64,000 nucleotides of DNA, taken from NCBI RefSeq assembly GCF_036971445.1, contig NC_091470.1:152582001-152646000 (forward strand), given 5' to 3'. Numbering within the stretch: position 1 is the first letter of the stretch; every line of letters starts with the position of its first letter. This document shows, in pieces, positions 51,280 through 64,000 of this stretch. The position numbers and the translations under genes are program-made. Origin of the DNA: Narcine bancroftii (Eukaryota). The notes under the pieces were generated by a model. The model saw nothing but the letters and a program-made list of their open reading frames with translations. It was not told the DNA's origin and searched no databases.

Positions 51280-52150
51280 GTAGACCAAATAACAAGAAAT
51301 GATGAGTCAGAATGCAGAATGGAGATCAAGAAACTGGTTGGGTGGTGCCAGAACAATCTCAATATCACCAAGACTCAGGTGTTTATTGTTGATTTTAGGA
51401 AGGAGAGGCCAAGAGACCACATAGCTGTCTGCATTGATGCGATGGAGGTTGAGAAGTTTAGAACCTTTCATTTCCTGGGAGTCCTGGCCTCTCTTGGAGC
51501 CAGCACACTGAGGCAACGATGAAGGCACATCAATGCCTACACTTTCTCAGTAGTCCAAGGAGATTTTGCATGTCACTGAATACTTCTACTGTTGCAATGC
51601 AGAAATTATAATAACTGGTATATCAAAGCCTGGTTTGGGAATTCCATTGCTCAAGAACATAGAATGTTCCAAAGGAAACAAACAGAACCAGGTCCATCAC
51701 AGGCTCCAACCTCCCATCCTCTGAATACTTACACATGAGGCACTGCCCCAAAAACACAGCCAACATCTTGAAGGGCCCCCATAACACTGATCACAGCCTC
51801 TTCTTAATGCAACCTTGAGACAGAAGGTGTAGAACCCCAAAGACTAGCATCATTATAAGGTTCAAGGACAAATTTATTTTTCCTCCCAATAGCTATCAGG
51901 CTTTTGAACCTCCCCTTGTTACACTAAACATGTACTGCAGAGACACCACAAAATTATGTGTGTGTAATTGTAGCCACTTTTTTTGCACTCTGGTAGCTGT
52001 GAATATGATCCATCTATTCTTTGAATTTATCAACTTTTTAATTCAATTAAATAGACTACTCTAATTACTTTTTGTTCTTTTTTTGTTACATACCTGTTCA
52101 GCCACAGCAAGGAAGAATTTCAGTGTACATGTACATGACAATAAACTCAT
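51280..52150 (+). mobile_element. Rex1/Babar-like LINE fragment
   Basis: NDESECRMEIKKLVGWCQNNLNITKT..IVDFRK...IDAMEVEKFRTFHFLGV; 3' end aagaatttcagtgtacatgtacatgacaataaa. Confidence 0.82.
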
Positions 52151-52235
52151 TGTCAATAAAATAGCTATTTTAATCTGTTCAATCATGTACCAGAGGGGAA
52201 TAATAACAGAATTGCAATGTTTCCCATTTAGACCA

Positions 52236-52481
52236 TTTTTTTCCCCTCTTTGGCTTGGCTTCGCGGACGAAGATTTACGGAGGGGTAATGTCCAAGTCAG
52301 CTGCAGGCTCGTTTGTGGCTGACAAGTCTGATGCGGGACAGGCAGACACGGTTGCATCGGTTGCAAGGGAAAATTGGTTGGTTGGGGTTGGGTGTTTGGT
52401 TTTTTCTCCTTTGTCTTTTGACAGTGAGGTGGGCTCTGCGGTCTTCTTCAAAGGAGGTTGTTGCCCGCCGAACTGTGAGGC
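52236..52481 (-). mobile_element. RTE 3' fragment
   Basis: Homologous to 45787-46028. Confidence 0.93.
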
Positions 52482-53274
52482 TTAAAATGTCTACTTAAAT
52501 TACATAGTGACCGCAGCAATTCTAAAGCTTAGAACTTGGCAGGTGAAGACACACCTACTCATAATGGTAAAATTAAAATCAAGAGTCACAACAACAGGCT
52601 AGAATTGGAGGAGAGGGGTATCAGAATGTTTGAATAGATGACTATTCTGGGGAATGGCAAAGATGCTTGCCCAAAGAAGTATTTGAAAAGAATGATTAAA
52701 ATGTTCAGGGAACACATCTGAGATTCCCATGGGTTTAAACTCCATAAAAACTGGCTGAATTCTGCAGACTTCAATTCCAGGATAATGAAGATCAGAAGAG
52801 TTCTGTCAACATGGGAGACCCTGAACAACATAGCAGCAATGAATCACACAAATATAAAAAGTGATATTAATTATGAAGACCTAGTTGGACTTACAAAATG
52901 TATTGAAACAAGAGCCAAAAGGTGTTAAGAGCCAAATGACTCTGCAGCTCGAGAAAGGGTTCTGGTTTTTCTCAAAGCTGTTAATTTGTAACAGTAATAA
53001 CTGTTCTCATCTGAGCAGCATATTACAATAAAACTAAAGCAAGATCAAAAATATTTAATTCACTATTCACTTTTTAATCATAGTTTATTGGAAATACTGT
53101 AATATTAATTTTTCTCTCTGCCAATTTTGTCCTTTTAAAAAATTATTCATACAAAATGTAATACCAGTCTATTATAAATCTCCGAAGTTCAGAGAACTTT
53201 GAAGCCAAAATGCAATGACCTGAGATAAGTACATCTCAAATGACATCAGCTAAATCAAATCATAGGCTTCTTGG

Positions 53275-54745
53275 AAGTGAAACACAAAAGTCTGCAGACA
53301 CCATGGTTGAAGTAATGTTGGAGTGTTACGAACTAACAAACCTTATTAGTACTAACAAAGGAAAAGCAAGGGAAAATTCACCAATCAATGATCAATTCAA
53401 AGTAGTTTTTATTAAACCATAATAACATTACATTTCTTACTTATCTCTAAACTTTATCTTAAAACCTCACTATGCACAAATATAAATGTGTGTGTGTGTG
53501 TGTGTGTGTGTTTGTGTGTTAAAGTTCAAAACTATTACAGCTTAAGCTTGATTCTGAAAAAATGTCAATTTTGAAGTCCAGTTTCAAACATGTTGTTGAA
53601 CTTTGAGGATCCTTTTTAAAAGTGTGCTTCAGAAGTAATTATAAATCAAGAGTGAAGCACCCGATTTCTTTAAATTGTTGCTTAAAAGCAATAATGGAGT
53701 ATTTGTTAACATTCAAGTTCTTTGATTTTCAAATCTCATTGAACTGTTTTTCAGGAAGAGTTTTCTTCTTAATTTCTCAGACTAGTGATCTTCAACTCCC
53801 TCTTCTTAAGAGTTACAGAGTTTCCTTGAGGCTGCACTCTTTATTTTATAAAGAAAAGCAATTGGAAAGTGGTCTCCCTTTGAAATCCACTTATTCCCCT
53901 TTTATTAGGAGTAACACATAATAGCACCTATTCTGTTTACTACAATTCAACCCTGTGTGTTTCTCAGGGTCTTGACTTCTGAACTGCCTCAGAATGTCTG
54001 AATTTACCAATATATTTCTCAAAGTCATGACATGACATCATCAATCATATCAGTCTCGATTCTTTGAAACCATGTGACCATTACTGGAATTTTTAACAGT
54101 TGCCAACTCCAGTTTCTTGGAAACAATGCGACTTTTATAACTCTACCTTGCAGACATCACGACTCCAAAAGATTACCTCACTTCTGAATGTATTGTATGG
54201 GCATGTGTAACCCTGTTCCAAACCCACTAAATTACTTAAGACATATTTATAGAAAATATAGCTTAACCTTAACATAAATATTAACACAGATCCATTAAAG
54301 GAGAAACTCAGCAGGTCAAACAGTGTACTTTATAAAGCAAAGATATATAACCAATGTTTCAGGCCTGAACCCTTCATCAAGGTATGACAAAATGTCGGCA
54401 GGCACCCAAACAAAATGGTGGGGGGAGGGGCAGGGGGAAGAGCACAGTTCCACAGGCAGGAAGCAACAGATAAGGGAGGGAGGGAGGGAGGGCACATCAG
54501 AAAGCTCTGTGAATAGAGAAGGAAAGGGTGGAGAGCTAGAAGAAAGAAGACAAAGGGAATGGGAAGGGAGGAAGAACAGAGAGCAGACTAGCATAAACCA
54601 GAGAAGTTGATGTCAATTCCATCTGGATGGAGAGTGCCAAGACGGAAAATCAAGTGTTGCTCCTCCATTTTAAGGGTTGCCTTAGTTATGAAGCACATAA
54701 GGCCATGTGAGTGGGGGGTAGAATTGAAATGGTTGGCCTCATGGA
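53275..54745 (-). mobile_element. Penelope 3' end split by a solo LTR
   Basis: gttggag|aaactcagcaggtc is continuous across the LTR; terminal motif at 54351-54382; EEQHLIFRLG-like motif on the minus strand near 54640. Confidence 0.75.
53324..54299 (-). mobile_element. Solo LTR, family A copy 2
   Basis: tgttacgaactaac start identical to 11584; 4-bp TSD ggag/ggag; (TG)n at 53486-53519. Confidence 0.85.
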
Positions 54746-55109
54746 GTCTCTGATCAGCATTCTGTGATTATATATTAAAATGGTTGTATTAAATTGGTTT
54801 AATTACTGCAGATTCTGTTGTTGGGGTGGGGGGGATATTTAGATACATACACAGACAACTTAACTGGCACTCATTCAGTCAGATGGAATATAGCTGCAGC
54901 AATTCATAGCTTCATTACAAACCACCTGAAAAATGCCCTGCATATGAAACCCATCAAACCTATTAGTTTATGCTTACCTCCTAATAGCATTGTTTTTAAA
55001 TGGAACTGAAAGATAAATTAGATTTTGTTTGTGATGAACAGTAGTCTTTACAGGGAAAGTATAGAATTGGATTCATCTACCCACATGCATGCATCTTCAA
55101 CCATGCAAA

Positions 55110-55410
55110 TTGATAACGTCCATCTCTATCTCTTGTGTCTAGGAAAGGCAGCCAATGTAATAAAATACCTATCACATTCTCGACACACTTTCTTCTCCTA
55201 TCACCCAATGGGTAAAAGGTTCAAGAGTGTTAAATCATGCACAGATACACCAACCAACAATTTATTACCTGCAATTAGGCTCCTAAATGAACCCTATGAC
55301 AGTGTTATCATCCTGTACTTGCCTGGTTCTAATTGATCTTTCTTTTCATTGTAACCCTATACTCTTTACATGGCTGTTTGCAATGTTAGAGAAAACCTTT
55401 ATTTTTCCAG
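55110..55410 (+). mobile_element. Rex1-like 3' fragment
   Basis: CLGKAANVIK...H.FFS..P.GKRFKSVK...N..LPAIRLLN. Confidence 0.65.
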
Positions 55411-55674
55411 TATGCAGAAGAACCCTCCTCATTGTACTTGGTATTTTTTTGTCAAATAAACTTTCTTGTTTCCAAGTCAAAAAGGGCTTCTGCTTCTTTG
55501 CTTATTATACTTACATAATGTTGTGCAAAGTGAGGGCTATGTTATCTTTAGTGTCTCCTTTAAGATGAGCATTAAACCTACTCACTCTCTTCTGCTCCCC
55601 AAGGAGCTAAAAGACAGCATAACCATACTGAAACAGAGACGAGCACTCCTTAGATATCCGATCAATTTTTTTTA

Positions 55675-55905
55675 AAGCGATTCAGCAAGGTAACGGATGC
55701 TTCTGGCCCACGAGCCAGAACAGCCCAAATACACCCGTGTGACCAATTAATCTACTAAACTGATACACCTTTGGAATGAATATTGGATGAAATCAAAGCA
55801 CCAAGAGGAAACCCACGCAGATACTGGAAAATGTACGAACTCCTTGGAGACAGCGCTGGATTTGAACCCTGGTCGCTAGCACTATTAATAGTGTGCTAAC
55901 CATTG
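55675..55905 (-). mobile_element. HE1-like SINE
   Basis: gaggaaacccacgcaga...aactcctt...ggatttgaaccctggtcgct...gtgctaacc. Confidence 0.75.
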
Positions 55906-57169
55906 GATGAAACATGCAATGCTAAAACAGATGATCTGATAATTATCACATGACCTATCAGATGGAGCTTGCTGTGTGCGATACATCATGACCATTTAGT
56001 TTGCTGCAAAGAACAATGGGATGCCTGGAGGTCAACAAATGCCACTTTCTTTCATACCAACTTCCTGGAAATTCCATAAGCTATCTATCATAATCTCTCG
56101 AAGAGTAGCAACTTAATGAACACTGAGCCAGAAAAATAACTGAAGCACTCTGATTCAATTGCACCTACACAGAAGGAACACCCCTGCACTAAATATTGTT
56201 TCCCGCTCTATTATTGCTGAGAGTTACCGAAAGCTACTCCTTTGGAAAAATTGGGTGTACTGAAATAGCTCAATATTTGAGGCATCAGGACAACTTTGGT
56301 AATTGTACACCACCTAGTAAAAAGATTTTGAGTGTCATTTAGTAACAAGATATCTTATCTTGTGCGATATAATTATTTCCTCTTTATTACACCTTTTATC
56401 TTTGTTTTCTTAACTTCATTGATTATCTGAAAGGAGAACCTTAAGGCATGTGAAATGTTCTCAAAAAAGATTATGATGCTGTTTTAAAAGGCTTCACAAA
56501 TGCACCATTCTGGCTATATAAATTGTTTTAAAATTTCCATGCTGTATCCTGTCATGAAAAGCAAGGTGATTTCCTAATATCAATTAAAAAAACAATGAAA
56601 GTACCTGAATCAATAAATCATGGATACTCCAAATGAATAATAATTAAATTGCTTCAAATTTAAGTATTTGGTTGTTCTTCTCAATCCCAATAGCAATAAA
56701 GAATCAATTTTTAACTGGAAGGCACCAACAATTGAAGTCTATTTCACGCTTTATTAGACACAGCGAACTTTAACACTCAGGTTTAAAGGCTTTTTAAATT
56801 ACCACCCAGAAACTACAAACAGACATGTGTAAAAATAAATTCAGGTGTGAACTGATCTTCCAAAATATATTAACATTCATCTGATAATTTTTAATGACTG
56901 TATTTTATTTGACAAAAATTACATAATAAAATCAAAAATATACATTTTAATCCGAGTTCCAATTTATTTTGTGATGTTAGCTTTATATAAACTGATTTTA
57001 AGATGTGTATAAAACAAACCAGCATCCACAAACATTCCCGTGGATGAAATATATATTCAACAATGCAATTAACTTTCTTTCTGAAATTTTAAATTCATAC
57101 TTTTTCATTGTTATCCAAACATGCCTTGGTGAAATACATGGGTGATTTTTTTTCCCCCTCAAACTTTTT

Positions 57170-57250
57170 TTCCATGATTACAGGCCTTTTCAGCACATGA
57201 GTCCATGCCGCCTAATTTACACCCAATTAACTAATACCCTTGGTACACTT
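57170..57250 (-). mobile_element. HE1-like SINE tail
   Basis: acaggccttttcagcacatgagtccatgccgcctaatttacacccaatt. Confidence 0.6.
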
Positions 57251-58362
57251 AAATATGGAATTCCAGAACAGAGAAACATTGAATGTATAATGCTATCAGC
57301 AGAACCCTTGTGTATACACTGAGGCCTGAGGAATAGGAGCACAGATACCCCCAAGGCCCAATATACCCAAAGTGTCCCACCAAAAATATATGCTCCACAA
57401 TGTTCTCAAAATATTCATTCATAGGCACATAACATTTGAAGACCTAAAAGGAAATGATATTAATTAACAAACCATTGCATTTTAATGTATTGAAACTTAC
57501 AAGCAATGATTAGTTTCCAAATCACAAGATGTAGCTGTGAAAAAAAATGCTTTCTACTCGAATAACGTATAGCAGAGTGCTACTTGACACAGTGATTGGT
57601 TCTTTTTTGATGAAGATGCAAATAGACTTGTTCAAAATAATTAAAATAGGCACAAGAGTCAACCTCAAATACACAGATCTGTGGATAGCAAATCAGCATT
57701 TAACAAGGTCTCTGTGTACAGCTCTATAGATCTCAGGAAGAGCTGCACAGCAGTGAGTGAGAAAACATGGCTAATCTGAGGCAAAGTTTCATTGGGATAA
57801 GGTAAAGCTAACTCATTGGAACATTCCTATCTACTTCAATCTTATTTCATAATTCAAGAATCAATACAAGGTAAATTGGGATAAAAGTGAGATTACGCCC
57901 TATAAAAGAGATTTTCAATTTAAATGGCTTTTGAATGGAATAAAATATTTAGGGATACAAGTAGATAATAAGTTAAATAATGTACAAGTTAAATTATTCC
58001 TCTTTACTTAATAAAATTGATGAAATTTTTTTTAAAAAAAGGATGGAATTACCAATTACATTATTGGGAAGAGTTAAATATATAAAAATGAATATATTTC
58101 CAAAAGTGCAGTATCTTTTTCAAACATCACCGCAAAAATATTTTCAGGAACTAAATAAATATGTAAGGAAATTCCTTTGGAAGGGTAAGATGTCAAGAGT
58201 TCCATTAGAAAAATTAACATGGAAATATGAATTGGGAGGTCTGAAACTTCCAAATTTTAAAAATTATTATAGATCCACACAAATGAAGTTTCTATCTTCT
58301 TTTTCTGAAGGAGAGAAACCAGCATGGATTAAAATAGAAATATCTGGATAAGATAGGAGAGA

Positions 58363-59388
58363 TGTGATGGGTTATGTTACATTTTATATTGTATATAGAT
58401 ATGTTTTAAAGGAGATAAATTATGGCAGGTTTTTTTTAAGTGTCGGTCACATATAAACACTTCAAGATAGATCTCATTTAAAATGCCAGAGCGTTGCTCA
58501 AGCCAGACAGACCAGGCTGAGTGTCTTTTCAAAAAGTTTGAAGAATGCCTAAAGGACTTCACAAGTAGGTGTTAATTGGACATGCTGTGGAGTAATGAAT
58601 TATTGTTCGAGAAAGAACTCAAAAGATTAGATCCGGAGCTGCAGTCTGTCTGAGTGCAGTTGGCTGTTCAAAGAGGGTCATGTGAGAGAGAGAGAAAATT
58701 CAGTTCTACAGTTCAGCAGCAGCAGCTGGGACTGGAACAGGACAAGGTGGCAAGTTTGTGGAAAAACCCCATTTTGAAGATAGGTTGTGAGTTCTTAGTT
58801 CAGCCTGGTCAACGCCCTTGTGATCCATACAAGAGGAGATGGCTGGCTTTGCAATGTTTCGCTTGAAATAAGGGAAACAAAAAGGAACTCTGTGGTGATC
58901 TGAAAGAAAGAGGTTTATCACCTGGAAAATCCTGATGGGGCAAGTTTTTTGGAAAGACACTGAAGTGGCTGATCGGAAGGAATCATTTGTGGTACTCCAA
59001 CAAGCAACAAATCTCTCTCTGAAAACCAACAAGAACCTTCCTGAGTGGTAACCATTTACCTTTCAAGCACCAAAGCCTGGTGAAATTCATAAATGTTAAA
59101 TTCTGTGCACAGTATAAGAATTGCCTGATACCGGTGAATTTGGAGGAGTGAGAAATGAGATTGGACTGTGAATCAAAGAACTCTTCTGAACTTACACACA
59201 CATTACATACACATGTGTTTAGAATTAGAAGGGGGATAAGTTACAAGCAATGAGTTAATAGTAATAAGTTGGAATTTAATCCTGTTTTCATGTTTAAAGA
59301 TAAGTAAAAGCAACTTTTGTTGAAATAACCATTTGTCTTGGTGAATTTCTATTGCTGCTGGGTTTTGGGGTCCTCTGGACCCATAACA
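58363..59388 (+). mobile_element. Solo LTR, family B copy 2
   Basis: TGTGA...TAACA; 4-bp TSD gaga/gaga; removing it restores L1 IGEKIPEDF. Confidence 0.88.
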
Positions 59389-60347
59389 GAGAAGATACCA
59401 GAAGATTTTGTATATAAATGGGAACAGAAATTAATAACTGGGGACAGGGATATACCACTGTTGAAGCATTCATTAATATACAGAATAAATAAATAATAAA
59501 GTTGAAATAAGGAATTATGGGTTAATTAAAATGCCTATGATTCAAAATAGTCATACCATTTACTATGAATAATAGACTTTTTAATATTTGGTTCTCTAAA
59601 GGAATTAGAAATATAGAAGATTGTTATGAAGGATTAAATTTAATATCATTTGATCAATTAAAAAATTAATACAATATTTTGTTATTACCAATTAAAAGTA
59701 TATTTACTAGATAAATTGGGCCTAAAAACGTTATTGCCTGAAAGAAGTGAAATACAAACTTTGATTTGTAATAGATTTATTAAGAAATTTGTACCTACTA
59801 TGTATATATTGTTTCAAAAGGGAACATTGAAGCAGAGAATACGTAGATCTAGACAGAGAAAGAAAATTGCAGAGAAAAATTGCCAGGAATTATGTTATGA
59901 TAGCATGACAAACACAATAAATGTTAGCTATAAATTGGTTCAATATAATTTTTGCATCAATTATATCTTACTCCACAAAAATTAAATAGATTGAAAGCAG
60001 ATCTATCAGATAAATGTTTTAGGTGTAGTCAAGAAATAGACACTTTTTTTGTATTCAATGTGATCATGTTCAAAATTGAGACCATTTTGGATAGAATTAG
60101 GAAAATTTCTAGAAAAAGTTACGAGAGTTAAACGTCTAAAAAAATCCAATGCTTTTTTTTTAATTGGGTTATTTTTCGGCGATAAAACCAAAATACAAAT
60201 TGAATTTTTTCCAAAATGAATTTATGAAAATTGCATTAGCAATTACAAAAAATGTATTGCAGTGATATGGAAATCAGATTCTCATTTAGGAATGGAAAGA
60301 TGGCATGCAGAATTACATAGTTGTATACCTCTTGAGAAAATTACATA

Positions 60348-61480
60348 CAGTACAACTCCGATTATCTGAAATTGGATTCTCCGAAATCTTCAGTGATCTG
60401 AAATTTAAAAACAATTTTGGGAAATGTATATGATTTGGAACTACAATTGAAATTGTAAAAATTTTTAAAGTCGCATTAGCGGGAGCCAGCAGATGTTTAG
60501 CAATTATATGGAAATCTGAATGCCGTCTTAAAATTGATTGTTGGAAGAGGAAGATGCAAAATTGTATTCCCTTAGAAAAGATAACATAATATTAGAAATG
60601 GGTATGATACATACTTAAAAATATGAAAATATATATATTATGGGTTTCTCTTCTACACCCCACCACCACTTTTTTTAAAAAATCTTAATAGTTGAACTTA
60701 TCATGTTGGTTTAATTGTACTATTTTATTAATATCCTGTCTTTCTTTTTGGGAGGGTGGGAGGGTGCGTAGTTATCACACATATACAGCTTTGCACATAT
60801 CTCTGTATTCCCTTATCTTTTACACTCTTTTCTCTCTCTTCTCACCTTTATGTACAGTACAACCATTTTTAAATTCTATTTTAATAATTTCAAGTATTGT
60901 TTGGATACGATTCTAATTATATTGAACTATTTATAAAATTTAAAAAAACAATTTTGGATAAATAAGGATATCCAAAACAAATCAGAAATCCTCATTTATC
61001 CAAAATATTTTTCAGAGCTGAATTGACCAGAGACATCAGGCTTCTGGTGGCGGTGGAAACCTCGGGCTCCCAGCGGCAGCGGGAACCTCGGACTCCTGGC
61101 GGTGGCAGTGGCAGAGGGAACCTCGGGAACCTGGCAGCATCAGCGGACCTCAGGCTCCTGGTGGCAGCAGGAACCTTGGGCATCTGGTGGTGGCAGCAGC
61201 AGACCTCAAGCTTCCGGGTAGGAGTGGGACCCTCGGACTCCCAGGATGAGTGGGGCCTCGGAGGGGAAGTATCAGTGATTGGCAGTGGCCATCATTTTTT
61301 TGGTGAGGAGTATTATTTTAATGCTTAAAAAGCCTTGCCTTGTTGTTTGTTGTTATTTAAATACTGTTACAAGCAATTTGATGTTGCAAGTGGGCTGTTT
61401 TTAAAAAATGACCAGTTCTCCAAAAAAATTATCCGAAAGAGGTCAAGACCTAACCATTTCAGATAATCAGAGATGTACTG
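60348..61480. mobile_element. Tigger/pogo-like MITE with an internal GC-rich minisatellite (about 61030-61260)
   Basis: 25-bp TIR cagtacaactccgattatctgaaat / atttcagataatcagagatgtactg; TA on the left, AA on the right; removing it restores L1 KITYNLRNKY. Confidence 0.85.
60550..60948 (+). mobile_element. Second L1-subfamily 3' fragment inserted in the MITE
   Basis: CIPLEKIT motif again, distinct 3' UTR, A-tail at 60942-60948. Confidence 0.7.
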
Positions 61481-61532
61481 AATAATTTAAGGAATAAATA
61501 TGTCTTTCTGAAATTTTGGCACCCATACTTTT

Positions 61533-62350
61533 CACCGCCACCAGAAGCCTGATGTCTCTGGTCAATTCAGCTCTGAAAAATATTTTGGATAAATGAGGAT
61601 TTCTGATTTGTTTTGGATATCCTTATTTATCCAAAATTGTTTTTTTTTATTTTATAAACAGTTCAATAATATAGAATAGTATCCAAACAATACTTAAAAT
61701 TATCAAAATAGAATTTAAAAAAGAAGAGTGTAAAAGATAAAAGAATACAGATATATGTTTTTTTTTTCTTTGGCTTGGCTTCGCGGACGAAGATTTATGG
61801 AGGGGGTAAAAAGTCCACGTCAGCTGCAGGCTCGTTTGTGGCTGACAAGTCCGATGCGGGACAGGCAGACACGATTGCAGCGGTTGCAAGGGAAAATTGG
61901 TTGGTTGGGGTTGGGTTTTTCCTCCTTTGCCTTTTGTCAGTGAGGTGGGCTCTGCGGTCTTCTTCAAAGGAGGTTGCTGCCCGCCAAACTGTGAGGCGCC
62001 AAGATGCATGGTTTGAGGCGTTATCAGCCCACTGGCGGTGGTCAATGTGGCAGGCACCAAGAGATTTCTTTAGGCAGTCCTTGTACCTTTTCTTTGGTGC
62101 ACCTCTGTCACGGTGGCCAGTGGAGAGCTCGCCATATAACACGATCTATATGTGCAAAGCTGTGATAACTACGCACCCTCCAACCTCCCAAAAAGAAAGA
62201 CAGGATATTAATAAAATAGCAGAATTAAACCAACATGATAAGGTTCAATTAAGATTTTTTTTAAAAGTGGTGGTGGGGTGTAGAAGAGAAAACATTAGAT
62301 ATCCAAACCCATAATATCTAAACATGGTTTTCATACTTTATGTATGCATT
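61533..62350 (-). repeat. Inverted copy of about 60605-61055 (interrupted by RTE)
   Basis: 61533-61646 is the exact reverse complement of 60942-61055; outer arms are diverged with indels. Confidence 0.9.
61759..62146 (-). mobile_element. Young RTE 3' fragment with a 7-bp TSD
   Basis: Near-identical to 45790-46180; TSD tatatgt at 61752-61758 and 62147-62153. Confidence 0.95.
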
Positions 62351-63728
62351 TATAAAGAGCTTTCCCTGAATTTGATGAAACATTACTAACTCCTTGCAAT
62401 AAATAAATGATGATGTTGAAGCCAAAGTTGTATGAATGGTGAGGATATTTTGGTAACCAGGTTTGTTTTTTCCTTTTCTTTCTTCCTTTTTTTCTTTTCA
62501 TTCTCTTCTCTTTTTCTTTTGGGATTATTATTTCGGGGGGGGGATGGGGTTAGTGGAGTTATTGGGGTATAATTTGCAGCATGTATAACTGATTTGTCAC
62601 TTTCTGTATTTGGATATTAATGCATGTACAAAAATTTAAATAAAATATTTTTTAAAATGAATCAATGCGGCTTCACACAAAAACCAAAACGTATTTTTCG
62701 TCATCTTAAATTGAGTAAAACATTTCAAGATTCTTTGTCGGAAATTTGTCAAACAAATATTTACACCAGGCCATTCAAGGAGAGCCAATATGAAAGCTTA
62801 GTCAAAGTAATTCATTTTGAGCAAGGAGAGATAATAGAGGTCAGAATGATGGGGTGGGCATGAGCAATTTCAGAGCTCAACATGAAGCAGCTAAAGGATA
62901 GTTTATAATAAAGAGTACATGTCAAAATGCAAAGGAAGATGCCAGGATTGGTGGAATAAAGACCAAATATCAACAATTACAAAATTAGAGATTAAAGAGA
63001 CAAACAAAGTGACCCATACTCCCCTCCCCAAGAGCAGGGCAACAAGTTGCAAAGCAATTTGAAAACGGGAATGTGAAACCTTTTCGACAATCTTTTTCTC
63101 GTTTTTCTTCTCTTAACTTGCATTAAAATTGCTATTTTAACAATATACCAAAGGCCAGATGGATTCTGCAGGACTGAACTTCAGCAAGTGTATCTTTAGA
63201 AAAGAAAAATGGCAGGAGGAGAAAGTTAAGCATATGTCAATCTTTTCATGTTACTCCACTGTATTACATTGAAAGCAGTGCAATTACCTATCTTCACAGT
63301 TATATTTCAATAAATTCATCAGAGTTATAAATTCTGAAATGACCCATTTCCAAAGGCTGGGCAATTTTTTATCTTTGAAAATGTATGCTTCTCCATCTCC
63401 AACAATGGGTGGATGGTTAATTTGATTTTGTGCAAGCTCAAATGGCAATGCAAGCTAAAAAAAAATCCTTATTACTCATATTTGTACTAAAACACAACCC
63501 ATTTTACAGTTTGAACAACACATTTAACATTTGCCCCCAGTTACTGGAGTGAATAAACAAATAGATCTCTTTTGCCTTCAATCGCTTTAGAGATCGAAAT
63601 AGAAGAGCATTTACCAGCTGTAAAACCTTTCTCAGTCCTGTAGAATAGCTGTTCTGAGACTCTCACAAGAGCTAAAAAGTCAGAATTAGTTAGAAGACCA
63701 AGGCCTTTTCTTTTCATTGACTGCCATA

Positions 63729-64000
63729 CATGGGATCTCCAAAGTGGTCAATATCGACCCCATGGGGGTGGGGGGGGGTGGGGGGGGGTCAATGGAACTA
63801 TTCAAGGGGTCATAAAATGCCAGGGGGTCGAAAGGGGGTTGATAAACGTCAGGGAACTGATGGAACTTTTGGGGTCAAAAAAATTGTAAAGCCTGAGGTT
63901 CCCGCTCCTCCCAGGAGCCCAAAGTCTCCACTCCTGTCCGGAAGCCAGAGGTGACTTGTTCGATGTGGATGGCACCACGCCCAATTTTGAGAATGGAATC
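63729..64000. mobile_element. Probable hAT-type MITE, left part (runs off the window)
   Basis: catgggatctccaaagtggtcaatatcgacccc terminus with repeated ggggtc subterminal motifs; right end not visible. Confidence 0.5.

Larger units (their letters stand above)
57850..62657 (+). mobile_element. Degenerate fish-type L1 ORF2 3' portion with nested insertions
   Basis: YKVNWDKSE, IKYLGI, LPITLLGRVKYIKMNIFPK..YLFQ, FLWKGK, GGLKLPNFKNYY, C-terminal C.RC..E..T-like finger, CIPLEKITY; reading continues across the insertions. Confidence 0.88.

Noticed and set aside
1-64000. Prokaryotic or phage systems (CRISPR array, operon, defence island)
   Set aside because: No repeat-spacer array and no dense coding; content is vertebrate transposon debris.

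Overview
AT-rich, repeat-dense eukaryotic DNA, almost certainly from a cartilaginous fish (ray/shark). This is inferred from HE1/V-SINE-like SINEs, DeuSINE relics, CR1, Rex1, fish-type L1, RTE and Penelope elements. I can recognise no host protein-coding gene, rRNA/tRNA gene or CRISPR array; the window looks like a gene desert or very large intron. Every recognisable ORF is retroelement-derived; the best preserved is a 5'-truncated RTE ORF at 45845-46975 (-). Notable structures read directly from the sequence: (i) a young RTE insertion with a perfect 131-bp target-site duplication (TSD) plus a 13-nt junction stutter; (ii) a composite hAT-type MITE made of two inverted, self-palindromic mini-MITEs around a captured spacer; (iii) a young LTR followed by a tRNA-Trp-type PBS and nothing else, in a (TA)n tract; (iv) Penelope termini with a recurrent non-canonical hammerhead-ribozyme core; (v) a deeply nested L1 with an inverted duplication whose inner 114 bp are identical while the outer arms are diverged. 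Family names come from motif recognition, not database searches. Boundaries of old repeats are approximate.
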